Positions 7,854 through 15,544 of a stretch of 23,561 bases of DNA are shown here, piece after piece (within the stretch, counting starts at the first letter, position 1; every line of letters begins with the position of its first letter). The DNA lies in the IMG/VR virus record IMGVR_UViG_3300046779_000230, positions 1 to 23,561 of that record, one strand, 5' to 3'. A model generated the notes under the pieces. It ran no database searches and was not told the origin of the DNA. It saw only the letters and a program-made list of their open reading frames with translations. Source of the stretch: a virus (taxonomy: Duplodnaviria > Heunggongvirae > Uroviricota > Caudoviricetes). The translations under genes and the position numbers were made by a program.

Positions 7854-8068
7854 TATTTATCCTTGTTGGTTGTGATAGCTGTTTTAAAGAATGATTGAAT
7901 CAAAATAACAGCCAACCAAGTATCAAAAGTATATTGAATTGCAAGGACGGGGAATAGTGTATTCAATGCCCAAATAAACAGGAATGGAAATACTACAATT
8001 AAGAAAATCGCCAGAGCGATAAACAATGTAATATTAAGTGGAGTTGGTTTAAAGTTAAACATAGTCAT
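7853..8068 (-). CDS. Small membrane protein
   Basis: 71 aa with two hydrophobic segments; stop overlaps the dsbA ATG. Confidence 0.65.
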   Translation of the reverse strand: MTMFNFKPTPLNITLFIALAIFLIVVFPFLFIWALNTLFPVLAIQYTFDTWLAVILIQSFFKTAITTNKDK

Positions 8069-8069
8069 A

Positions 8070-8378
8070 TTAAATTGTAAAGTTTACGTCTTTGATTGAG
8101 TCCCAGCGGAATGATCGCCATGCATTTGCTTCGGTGTCAAACACGCGAATTGCGGATCCACTAGTCGGGCTATTTGTCGCTTCCTCCACCCCTGACTTTG
8201 GTTGCTTGTCAACGGGGATTCTGCTTTCTGAGAGAGTGCAGAACATTTTTCGCTCTGTCCCATCTTTCTTGGTGAAAGTAATGCACAAATCTTTGATTCC
8301 ATCATCGTGTAAGACTCCTTTAAGCCATGTTTGAAATTCTGGGTTGGTTGGACTAACTTCAGTTTGAATGTTGTTCAT
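8070..8378 (-). CDS. SH3 beta-barrel / WYL_2 (DUF2693-like) protein
   Basis: ITFTKKDGTERKMFCTL and RVFDTEANAWRSFRWDSI motifs. Confidence 0.75.
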   Translation of the reverse strand: MNNIQTEVSPTNPEFQTWLKGVLHDDGIKDLCITFTKKDGTERKMFCTLSESRIPVDKQPKSGVEEATNSPTSGSAIRVFDTEANAWRSFRWDSIKDVNFTI

Positions 8379-8565
8379 TCTTCAATCTCTCATAATGTTG
8401 TACAACAGGTTTAAAAAACTCTAGGAATTCTTCTGTTGTACAAAAGTATTCAGAGTATGATGTATGTGTGCCGTAGTCTGTTTCAAATGCAACTCGAACA
8501 GAATCAGGCGGCACAGGGATATCATTGATTAAAATTTTATGTGGGTACATATCACTCCTTTGCAT
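8359..8565 (-). CDS. Hypothetical protein (63-68 aa; two in-frame starts)
   Basis: ATG at 8565 lies at the promoter +1; ATG at 8550 follows an AAGGAG SD. Confidence 0.6.
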   Translation of the reverse strand: MQRSDMYPHKILINDIPVPPDSVRVAFETDYGTHTSYSEYFCTTEEFLEFFKPVVQHYERLKNEQHSN

Positions 8566-8571
8566 ACACCA

Positions 8572-8600
8572 ATTATACAGCAGGTATTATTGCAAGGCAA
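8572..8600 (-). promoter_or_regulatory. Sigma70-type promoter
   Basis: TTGCCT (8600-8595), 17 nt, TATAAT (8577-8572). Confidence 0.8.
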
Positions 8601-8602
8601 CT

Positions 8603-9076
8603 TTATTGTTCCCAAGCCAACTTCATGTTTCTCCATGAATCAGCTTGAGGCTTTTCGTCTGCATCGTAAGTCCATCCAAGAGCCTTCATCATCTTGTGCT
8701 TGACTCGCAAGTTAGGTTGACGGAAACGCTCTGTGGCAGTAAATCCCATCATAGACCCAACTTCAACAACAGCACCACTACGACAGATACCTGCATGGCA
8801 GTGTACCAATACATTCATATGATTGTCAAGTGCACGTTGCAACAAACTTGTGATTGTGCTTGCTTGCTCATCGCTGATCTTGCATTCATCAGGAAATCCA
8901 TCCTCATCCTCAGCGTCAAGGAATTCAAACTGGTGAACTTCCTTAAATGCATGCTTTGTTGGACAAAACTCAGTGGCTGGATCTTGAATGCGAATGAGCA
9001 TGCAGTTCTCTCCAAGGTCACTGTGATGACCAAGATGAACATCGCTCATACTGACATTTTCAATCCAACGAATCAT
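8603..9076 (-). CDS. Protein-tyrosine/dual-specificity phosphatase-like protein
   Basis: VLVHCHAGICRSGAV = HCX5R P-loop. Confidence 0.85.
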   Translation of the reverse strand: MIRWIENVSMSDVHLGHHSDLGENCMLIRIQDPATEFCPTKHAFKEVHQFEFLDAEDEDGFPDECKISDEQASTITSLLQRALDNHMNVLVHCHAGICRSGAVVEVGSMMGFTATERFRQPNLRVKHKMMKALGWTYDADEKPQADSWRNMKLAWEQ

Positions 9077-9342
9077 AATATATTACTCCAAGTTCTTAAC
9101 TTTTCACGTTTCTTTTCAGAGGCTTCAATCACGTTCTCCCAACGGATCAATCCCTTTTCGCGCATCAAGTCAAACATGCAAACCAAGTCACCAATTTCTT
9201 CTTCAAGGTGCTCACGGTTAGTCTTTGGTTTTCCTGGTTTGTAGTTGTCGATACCGAAACGGTGAATCTTGCTAATTGCTACAACTACTTCTGCACATTC
9301 TTCTTGTGCGATATCCAAAATTTCTTCTTCAACCGAATTCAT
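9073..9342 (-). CDS. MazG-like NTP pyrophosphohydrolase
   Basis: QEECAEV...LEEEIGDL acidic motifs; start MNSVEEE at 9342 with GGAG SD. Confidence 0.8.
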   Translation of the reverse strand: MNSVEEEILDIAQEECAEVVVAISKIHRFGIDNYKPGKPKTNREHLEEEIGDLVCMFDLMREKGLIRWENVIEASEKKREKLRTWSNIL

Positions 9343-9487
9343 AAAACTCCATATCTCTTTCCCACTGCTCACATTCTAACAGGTAATGCATCTCATGCAT
9401 GAATTCATCGTAAAGGGCATCGATGTATTCTTGTTGAGACAGATCTGCAATCAGCTGCAATTCTTTGTTAATAGTATCAAGATTCAT
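9329..9487 (-). CDS. Small acidic hypothetical protein (52 aa), first gene after an early promoter
   Basis: Not in track; hand-translated MNLDTINKELQLIADLSQQEYIDALYDEFMHEMHYLLECEQWERDMEFYEFG*, with AAGGA SD. Confidence 0.7.
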   Translation of the reverse strand: MNLDTINKELQLIADLSQQEYIDALYDEFMHEMHYLLECEQWERDMEFYEFG

Positions 9488-9517
9488 AATATATCCTTAA
9501 TCAACCCTAACACCGTT

Positions 9518-9546
9518 ATTATGGCATAAAGTCAAATGCAAGACAA
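9518..9546 (-). promoter_or_regulatory. Sigma70-type promoter with extended -10
   Basis: TTGTCT (9546-9541), 17 nt, CATAAT (9523-9518) preceded by TGC. Confidence 0.7.
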
Positions 9547-9556
9547 ATTTAAATGA

Positions 9557-9583
9557 CAAAACCCCACACTAGGTGGGGTCTTT
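9557..9583 (-). terminator. Rho-independent terminator after the holin
   Basis: Minus strand GACCCCAC-CTAGT-GTGGGGTT followed by TTGTCATTT. Confidence 0.85.
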
Positions 9584-9599
9584 CCAGAAAACTAAAGTT

Positions 9600-10067
9600 T
9601 TAGTCGTTGCGTGTATTACGTACTGGTGGGTCACCAGCTTCTAGTTCAACTACTGGCGTTGCTGCAACTTTGGGCACTGGTCTTGCGACTGGTGTTGTGG
9701 TTGCAACTGGCGCAGGTACGCTAGGTGCTGTTGGCAAAATTGATGGTTGGGAGATTGCTGCTGCACCGCCATTGTTTGCTCCTGCAAGTTTTTCTTGTGT
9801 ACGACCCATTGCAGCGATACCAAGAACAGCACCCATTGCGATGTGGTATAAACCAGCACCTTGCAATGTTAGTGGTTGCCATTGTGTAACTGGCTGTTTT
9901 AATACAGCTTGCAACAAGCTCCATAGAATAGGGAATAGAACAAAGTCGGCAATACATGTACCCATGTAGATCCAACCCATGGCTGGACGCCACTTACTAT
10001 TCATCCAATCTTCTTTTTTCTTTTCACTCTCACTCATTACATTATTATTTTTATCTTGAGAGTCCAT
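9600..10067 (-). CDS. Holin-like protein (GTA_holin_3TM family)
   Basis: WMNSKWRPAMGW...WQPLTLQGAGLYHIAMGAVLGIAAMGRTQEK signature; Ala/Pro/Thr-rich tail. Confidence 0.75.
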   Translation of the reverse strand: MDSQDKNNNVMSESEKKKEDWMNSKWRPAMGWIYMGTCIADFVLFPILWSLLQAVLKQPVTQWQPLTLQGAGLYHIAMGAVLGIAAMGRTQEKLAGANNGGAAAISQPSILPTAPSVPAPVATTTPVARPVPKVAATPVVELEAGDPPVRNTRND

Positions 10068-10619
10068 TGTAATTCCTTAGACGATTAAAAATATACCTTG
10101 CGTCATTAGCAATAATGCCAAGACACCTACACCCCACGAACCCCAATACATACGCATATCAACTGCGATGATAGAAGCAGATAGCAACACGATAGCCAAT
10201 TGGAATAACATACCAGAGAATGTCAACCAAGGGCTGTGCTTCTTGGCGTCATCACGTTCAGCTTCATAAGCACGTGCCTTTGCAAGAAGTTCTTTCTTAC
10301 CTTCTTTCTTTACAGGGTCACTTTCGTATCGATCAATCTTTGCTTGTAGCTCAGCCTTACGCTTAGGATCTTTCGTTTCTTCTAGCTGACCCTCAGCAAT
10401 TGACTGCTTGATCGACTTTGCTTGAAAGAATGCATAGGTATCTGACGCTTTGATAAGATTAGTCATTGCAGCACCACTAAACGAGTTAGCGAAGTAAGTA
10501 TTAAGTGCTAGGAACAATGCCATAACAACGATAACTAAACCTGCTTTATCTTTAATTGCTGCTTCGCGTTCACTTCGAGTGGGCGCTTTCTTTACTTCTT
10601 CTGCCATTGTAATTCCTTA
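10064..10619 (-). repeat. Identical 16-nt direct repeats TAAGGAATTACAATGG flanking the DUF4337 gene
   Basis: Plus-strand ccattgtaattcctta at 10064-10079 and 10604-10619, 540 nt apart. Confidence 0.85.
10077..10607 (-). CDS. DUF4337-family membrane protein
   Basis: N-terminal TM, ASDTYAFFQAKSIKQ, coiled coil, LFQLAIVLLSASII and further C-terminal TMs. Confidence 0.75.
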   Translation of the reverse strand: MAEEVKKAPTRSEREAAIKDKAGLVIVVMALFLALNTYFANSFSGAAMTNLIKASDTYAFFQAKSIKQSIAEGQLEETKDPKRKAELQAKIDRYESDPVKKEGKKELLAKARAYEAERDDAKKHSPWLTFSGMLFQLAIVLLSASIIAVDMRMYWGSWGVGVLALLLMTQGIFLIV

Positions 10620-10631
10620 TATAAACAATGA

Positions 10632-11162
10632 TTATTTAGCCAATGGGTTGTCTAAAGCCTTTTGAATCTTACGATCAACATCGCGCTCTATATTTTTTAG
10701 AGTACCATCAACTTCTCTTCTGGTGTCACGAACTTCATTACGAACTTCTTTGACTGCTTGCTCGACTTCACGTTGTGATTGTTTGGATGAACGCTCTACA
10801 TTTTCAGCAACACCTTCAACGCGACGGATGTCATTCTTTAGATCATTCTTGATGTCTTGTGTGTATTGCATAGACTTTTCAGATTGAACTTGAACAACAT
10901 CAAGTTTCTTGTAGATCTCAGTCAAGTCTGGTGACACGTACTTGGCAATCTTTTCTTTCATGCTTTGATAGTCTTTGTAAACTTCAAATGCGCCATACAA
11001 ACCACCAAGTGTAGATGATACCAATGTGAATGCAACCATAAGTTTAGCAGGTGTGAACTCGTAGCCACCAATGCTGATGACTGTGTCCTTGCTGGCATAC
11101 TTTTTCATTGCTGCTTCTGCGTCATCAATCTTAGCGTTGACGTCTTTAATTTCTTCAGTCAT
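10632..11162 (-). CDS. Single-TM coiled-coil protein (176 aa)
   Basis: Start MTEEIK at 11162 with AGGAG SD; hydrophobic LMVAFTLVSSTLGGLYGAF followed by a heptad-rich C-terminus. Confidence 0.7.
   Translation of the reverse strand: MTEEIKDVNAKIDDAEAAMKKYASKDTVISIGGYEFTPAKLMVAFTLVSSTLGGLYGAFEVYKDYQSMKEKIAKYVSPDLTEIYKKLDVVQVQSEKSMQYTQDIKNDLKNDIRRVEGVAENVERSSKQSQREVEQAVKEVRNEVRDTRREVDGTLKNIERDVDRKIQKALDNPLAK
10633..10639 (-). promoter_or_regulatory. T4-type late promoter-like CTAAATA
   Basis: TAAATA core at a gene end, upstream of the DUF4337 RBS. Confidence 0.5.
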
Positions 11163-13509
11163 TTCTTTTCTCCTTGTATTGTGAATCGACCATTTCATTG
11201 TGTAGTCTATCTGTACCAGTCCACATTCTTAAGTTGGCACGATTGTCAATATTCTTTTGATTGTTATAGACACTCACTGGCTTATAGAATGTTGTGTCTG
11301 GAATAACAGTTTTATTGTAAGTATCAAAGCCTGGAGTAAACCCCATAGCTTGAATAACTACACTTTGTACTGCCTTTTGACTTTCCATATCAGCAGCTTT
11401 ACCCATATCATTTGCTAAGTTCTTACCTTTTTCAACAGCATCTTTTCTAGCTGCTTCGGCTCTACGTTCGGCTAGTGCTTGACGAGCAGTAGGTTGAGCT
11501 GGCTTATCACCGCTAGGTGCTTGAGCCATTTGCGGCTGTCCACCTGCAGGTTTATCACCAGCAGGTTCTGCTTTCTTGGGTTCAGGTGCTGGCGCAGCTG
11601 GCGCTGGTGGGGGTGCTACCAGTGGAACAGTAGCAGTCGCTGCTTGTGCAGGGCTAGCAGAAGTAGCAGTAGTAGTTAAAACTGTATTTACTTTCTCGTC
11701 TGCAACAACAGCAACTTTAACCTCACCAGATGAATCAGTAGTTGCCGTTGTTGCCACTGGAGCAGTTGCGGCAATAACACCAGCAGTAGCTACAGTAGAA
11801 GCAATACCTTGTTTTTCAAGAAGCATTTTCTTAGCATATGCTTCAGAATAGTTTGGGCAAGTTCTGTCGTATAACCCATTCAATGAACACTGTTGTTCAA
11901 GGTATGCGGAAGCATAGCCAGTACAAGTCGTTGAATATAGTGGATTGACTGAACACTGTTGTGAATGATACGCTGCTGCATATCCAGTACAAGTAGTTGC
12001 GTAAAGAGGATTGATTGAGCACTGTCTGTCATGGTACGCATTTGTATATCCTAAGCATGTAGTAGCATAAAGAGGATTAAGATTACATTGCTGATCGTGA
12101 TAAGCAGCACGGTAGCCACTGCAGGATTGACTATACAGCGGCGAAATTCCGCATTGTTGATCAAGATAAGCCTGTTCATAACCTGCGCAAGTTGTTGAGT
12201 ATAGTGGGTTAGCATTGCATTGATAATTTAGGTATGCTGCAGCGTATCCTGGGCAGCTTGGTGAATACAATTGATTAGCATTACACTGCTGAGTGAAGAA
12301 CGCTTGTTGATAACCAACGCAGCTAGTTGAATACAGTGGGTTAGCGGTACACTGCTGTTCAGTATATGCTTGCTGGTAACCAGAGCAGCTAGTTGATGAA
12401 AGTGGATTAACTGTACATGGATCTGGAGTGTACATAGCTTTACTCCACATATCACCAATATAGGCAACATCATTAGTTGTGGCAGTAAAGTTGAATCTAC
12501 CAAGAGTAGAAAGATTTCTACTTGTAGGAAACACGTACTGATAGTTTGTGGTGTTGTAGCTGTTTTGATAATTACGAGCAACAGAATACAATACGTTGTT
12601 ACTGCTATCAGTAATGCTTACGTTTGTAGAGACGCTTGGTGTTCTGTAATCCCAGCATCCAAGCCAACCCATGTCCCAAGAGTTACAATATGGTCCATTT
12701 GCGTTTGCTTGATAACCCCACTGGAAACCGTGGATCATAACACCAGCACCAGATAGCGCTAACGCTTGATTGATGGCATAGCTTTGATCAATTGTGTTGG
12801 AGTAGACCGAGTAACTATTTGGGTTTGGAACAAGGTTATTACTTAGATTTACAGTGTTGTAGTTAGCACAGCTTGGAGAGTAAGCAGGATTGGTTGCACA
12901 AGGGTCTACCGTGTAATTCAAACTCATGTTTACATTACGAATCTGTGGACCAAAGTAACCACCCCAGTATCCATTATCACCACCTTGAATACCAATTTGT
13001 AGATAGCTAACATCCGCCATGTTATATGGTGTTGTGGCAGTCTTTGTACCACTATAAGCAGTCCATTCAAATTTGGTATTGAAGTATTTGTTGTCTGATA
13101 GTAAGACGGAGTTAGCTGGACCACGTAGAGCAGTAGAAACAGTGAATGTGTCTATACCACCCTGACGATTATCACCGTTCATGTTACGAACTTCGTATGC
13201 GTAGTTGTAACCGTTGATCTTTATACCTGCACCAGCGTTAGATAAAGCATTGTTGATGGCTATAGTTTGCCCAACGTATGCGTTAGAATTGTAGCTGAAA
13301 CTAATACTGTTTGTGCTTGGATCGTAGATTGGAGATGGACCACCTGGACATGGTCCAGCGGTAGCACACCCTGCAGGAATTGCACCTGTTGTTACTCCCG
13401 TCCAAGTATGTGTAGTACCTGACGTGATTAAGTTAGGTGTAGTTTGAACAGTTTGAGAGTTTGCTAAACTGGTAAAACCTAACAAAATAATTGCTAGGTA
13501 TTTAAGCAT
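11155..13509 (-). CDS. Large exported Cys-repeat protein (784 aa)
   Basis: Signal peptide (SLANS); two related beta-rich domains; nine tandem 22-aa Cys2 repeats; Ala/Pro/Thr linker; helical C-terminus. Confidence 0.8.
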   Translation of the reverse strand: MLKYLAIILLGFTSLANSQTVQTTPNLITSGTTHTWTGVTTGAIPAGCATAGPCPGGPSPIYDPSTNSISFSYNSNAYVGQTIAINNALSNAGAGIKINGYNYAYEVRNMNGDNRQGGIDTFTVSTALRGPANSVLLSDNKYFNTKFEWTAYSGTKTATTPYNMADVSYLQIGIQGGDNGYWGGYFGPQIRNVNMSLNYTVDPCATNPAYSPSCANYNTVNLSNNLVPNPNSYSVYSNTIDQSYAINQALALSGAGVMIHGFQWGYQANANGPYCNSWDMGWLGCWDYRTPSVSTNVSITDSSNNVLYSVARNYQNSYNTTNYQYVFPTSRNLSTLGRFNFTATTNDVAYIGDMWSKAMYTPDPCTVNPLSSTSCSGYQQAYTEQQCTANPLYSTSCVGYQQAFFTQQCNANQLYSPSCPGYAAAYLNYQCNANPLYSTTCAGYEQAYLDQQCGISPLYSQSCSGYRAAYHDQQCNLNPLYATTCLGYTNAYHDRQCSINPLYATTCTGYAAAYHSQQCSVNPLYSTTCTGYASAYLEQQCSLNGLYDRTCPNYSEAYAKKMLLEKQGIASTVATAGVIAATAPVATTATTDSSGEVKVAVVADEKVNTVLTTTATSASPAQAATATVPLVAPPPAPAAPAPEPKKAEPAGDKPAGGQPQMAQAPSGDKPAQPTARQALAERRAEAARKDAVEKGKNLANDMGKAADMESQKAVQSVVIQAMGFTPGFDTYNKTVIPDTTFYKPVSVYNNQKNIDNRANLRMWTGTDRLHNEMVDSQYKEKRND
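11836..12432 (-). repeat. Nine tandem 66-nt (22-aa) coding repeats, consensus xxQQCxxNPLYSxxCxGYxxAY
   Basis: Read directly from the translation, YTPDPC through NYSEAY. Confidence 0.9.
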
Positions 13510-13985
13510 TAGTCTTTACTCTTGACTGCTTTTGGTTTGCGTTCTGGTTGCTCTTCCCAGATAGCTTTTGCGGACTCACCGATTTTTCCGTCCACTGGAC
13601 ATGGAGTGCCAGCGTTCATCATGGCAGTGAACACACGTTCATCTTGACACATGATAGAAACGGCTGCAACTTTCATACCCATGTCGTAGATACCACGGGC
13701 AAGTTTTAGACGTTCGCAGTTTTTGTCAGTCATAGTACCACCCATGGAGATACCAAGAATCTGAGTTTGCACTGCTGCTGATGCGCCGACTGCGCAAACG
13801 TCTGAGTTAATTACAGTGATTGCAGGAGCAACTGCAGTTGGAGGAGGTGATTTAACAGTCGTTGTGCTTGTGCTGTTAGAATCTGTGGTGCTTCTAGAAG
13901 TCGAGTCAGTTACGATGGGATCGATAGCCATCGCTGTTGATGTAGCCATAACAAAAAGCACCGCTGTAGCGATCTTTTTGTACAT
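13509..13985 (-). CDS. Exported Cys-containing protein (158 aa)
   Basis: Signal peptide (AMA-ID), Ser/Thr-rich linker, four Cys (VCAVG, NCERL, MCQDE, TPCP). Confidence 0.8.
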   Translation of the reverse strand: MYKKIATAVLFVMATSTAMAIDPIVTDSTSRSTTDSNSTSTTTVKSPPPTAVAPAITVINSDVCAVGASAAVQTQILGISMGGTMTDKNCERLKLARGIYDMGMKVAAVSIMCQDERVFTAMMNAGTPCPVDGKIGESAKAIWEEQPERKPKAVKSKD

Positions 13986-14023
13986 GATAATCCTTGTTGT
14001 TATAATTGTAGGGAACTACATTG

Positions 14024-15082
14024 TTATTTAGATTTCTGCAGATCTTCCACTTCTGATTCAATAGTCTTTGAATTGAATACTTCACGCACCTTTGATAAGA
14101 AAGATTGAGCCTTTGGAGTCCAATGCATCTTTGGTTCTGTTCTTTGATATAGTTTAGGATCCCAATCTTTGGTTTCATCAACCACAATATCTAAAGGCTC
14201 TTCAGAAATGTATTCTTGTGGCTGTGGTACAAAATCCTCGATAGATTTCTTTTCTTGTTCAGTTGGTGGTTCACCAACATCAGCAACCCATGCATCTGGC
14301 TTATACGTTTCTTCTTGTGGTGGCTGTACCACCACTTGTTCTCTACGCATTTGCCAGTTGGCAGCAATCAACAACAGAACTGCCAGTGGATCAAATACAG
14401 CAACAATCAACATGGTTACTGCACGTACTGCCTTTTCTAAAATATCATCACCTATCTGATCGCCGTAGATAACAGCAGCAATGTATTTTATTGGACCAAC
14501 CTCTGCTTCCACCTTACGTACTTCAGTGGCGATGGGTGCCCTTTCCTCATTAAGTTTGGCAACAGTTTTCTGTTCGGCTTCAATATCTTGAAGTAATCTA
14601 GTGCGTTCTTTGGTCTGCCCACGACGAATCGCAACCGCTTTTTCGGCACCCTTTTCGTCTTGACTTCTACCCATAACTTGGTCCACAGCCTCATCAAGCT
14701 GCTTGAGTGCTCGGCGATTCGCATCAATATTATCCTTTGCGGTTTTAATCTTATCATCAACAATGCTTAGCTTTGCCACAATATCACCAGATGGCACAGC
14801 TTGGTCCAAGTGAGCCTTAGACAAGAATCCAAAGATACCCATTGATGTCAAGAACATCAATATGATCAAGGATGCAGTAAAGTATGTCTTCATTAACACT
14901 GGAATTTCTTTCCAGTTGCGATACAACCATGAAGCAATAACAAGTTTAGCAGCGCCTAATAATACGCCCATAATGGCAATTGGTATAGGTGCTGCAGCAA
15001 AGATAGCCATTAAACCAACGATGGCATACCACTCAGCTACTGTTGATAATCCTAATGCAATTGCAAATAGTAGATATTTCAT
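14024..15082 (-). CDS. Multi-TM coiled-coil membrane protein (352 aa)
   Basis: Three N-terminal TMs, long coiled coil, C-proximal TM (FDPLAVLLLIAAN), acidic tail; ATGA-coupled to the GIY-YIG gene. Confidence 0.75.
   Translation of the reverse strand: MKYLLFAIALGLSTVAEWYAIVGLMAIFAAAPIPIAIMGVLLGAAKLVIASWLYRNWKEIPVLMKTYFTASLIILMFLTSMGIFGFLSKAHLDQAVPSGDIVAKLSIVDDKIKTAKDNIDANRRALKQLDEAVDQVMGRSQDEKGAEKAVAIRRGQTKERTRLLQDIEAEQKTVAKLNEERAPIATEVRKVEAEVGPIKYIAAVIYGDQIGDDILEKAVRAVTMLIVAVFDPLAVLLLIAANWQMRREQVVVQPPQEETYKPDAWVADVGEPPTEQEKKSIEDFVPQPQEYISEEPLDIVVDETKDWDPKLYQRTEPKMHWTPKAQSFLSKVREVFNSKTIESEVEDLQKSK
14025..14031 (-). promoter_or_regulatory. T4-type late promoter-like CTAAATA
   Basis: CTAAATA-ACA-ATGTAG plus a short hairpin, upstream of the AAGGA SD of the 158-aa gene. 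Confidence 0.55.
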
Positions 15083-15504
15083 ATCTTTCCTTTGATGTGT
15101 GACCCGTGAACACGGACAGATATCTGTCCATTATAGTAGTCATCGGATTCGAGCACTTTCCTTGTAAACTGCTCCCTAGCTTCTATGTAAGAACATTCTG
15201 CTTTTGATTTGCAGAAAAACAAAATCTCTCGAGTAAAGTTGCCCTTACCGAGAGATTCTACATCTTTGTTTAGCTCAATAGATGAGCCATAATAATCTAA
15301 CCAATCAGAGTCAATCTTTGATTTAATCTTTTTCTTTTTCTTGGTACCATTCTTTAGAACGACTGTTTTAGTAGTAGTTCTTGAGAACTTTGCAAGTTTT
15401 TTACCAATGTACTTCCTACCGTTGGTATTATTTGTAATAAGATATACAAAACCAATACAATCGGAAGGAAGTTCATTTATCTGTTCGTTTTCGTAAAGCC
15501 ACAT
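15079..15504 (-). CDS. Single-domain GIY-YIG endonuclease (Seg-like)
   Basis: GFVYLITNNTNGRKYIGKK, YYGSS, catalytic-type E in YIEAREQF, YYNGQI. Confidence 0.85.
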   Translation of the reverse strand: MWLYENEQINELPSDCIGFVYLITNNTNGRKYIGKKLAKFSRTTTKTVVLKNGTKKKKKIKSKIDSDWLDYYGSSIELNKDVESLGKGNFTREILFFCKSKAECSYIEAREQFTRKVLESDDYYNGQISVRVHGSHIKGKI

Positions 15505-15506
15505 TA

Positions 15507-15538
15507 TGGATAATAGTCATAAAAGAACTATTTATCCA
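15507..15538 (-). promoter_or_regulatory. Late promoter (ATAAATA) inside an 11-bp hairpin covering the initiation region of the GIY-YIG gene
   Basis: Minus strand TGGATAA(A)TAGT, 9-nt loop, ACTATTATCCA, then TA-ATG. Confidence 0.7.
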
Positions 15539-15544
15539 GTGGTG

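Noticed and set aside
7854-7860. ATAAATA late-promoter motif directly before dsbA
   Set aside because: It is formed by the upstream GAT AAA TAA codons and abuts the ATG with no room for a leader; probably coincidental.
11836-12432. 66-nt periodicity as a CRISPR array or DGR template/variable repeat
   Set aside because: The repeats are degenerate at synonymous positions, in frame within a CDS, and lack identical repeat/unique spacer structure; no cas or reverse transcriptase gene is present.
15079-15504. Assignment as T4 endonuclease II (denA) from its position downstream of nrdB
   Set aside because: Only the generic GIY-YIG motif is shared, and the late promoter and hairpin argue against an early host-DNA nuclease; no symbol given.
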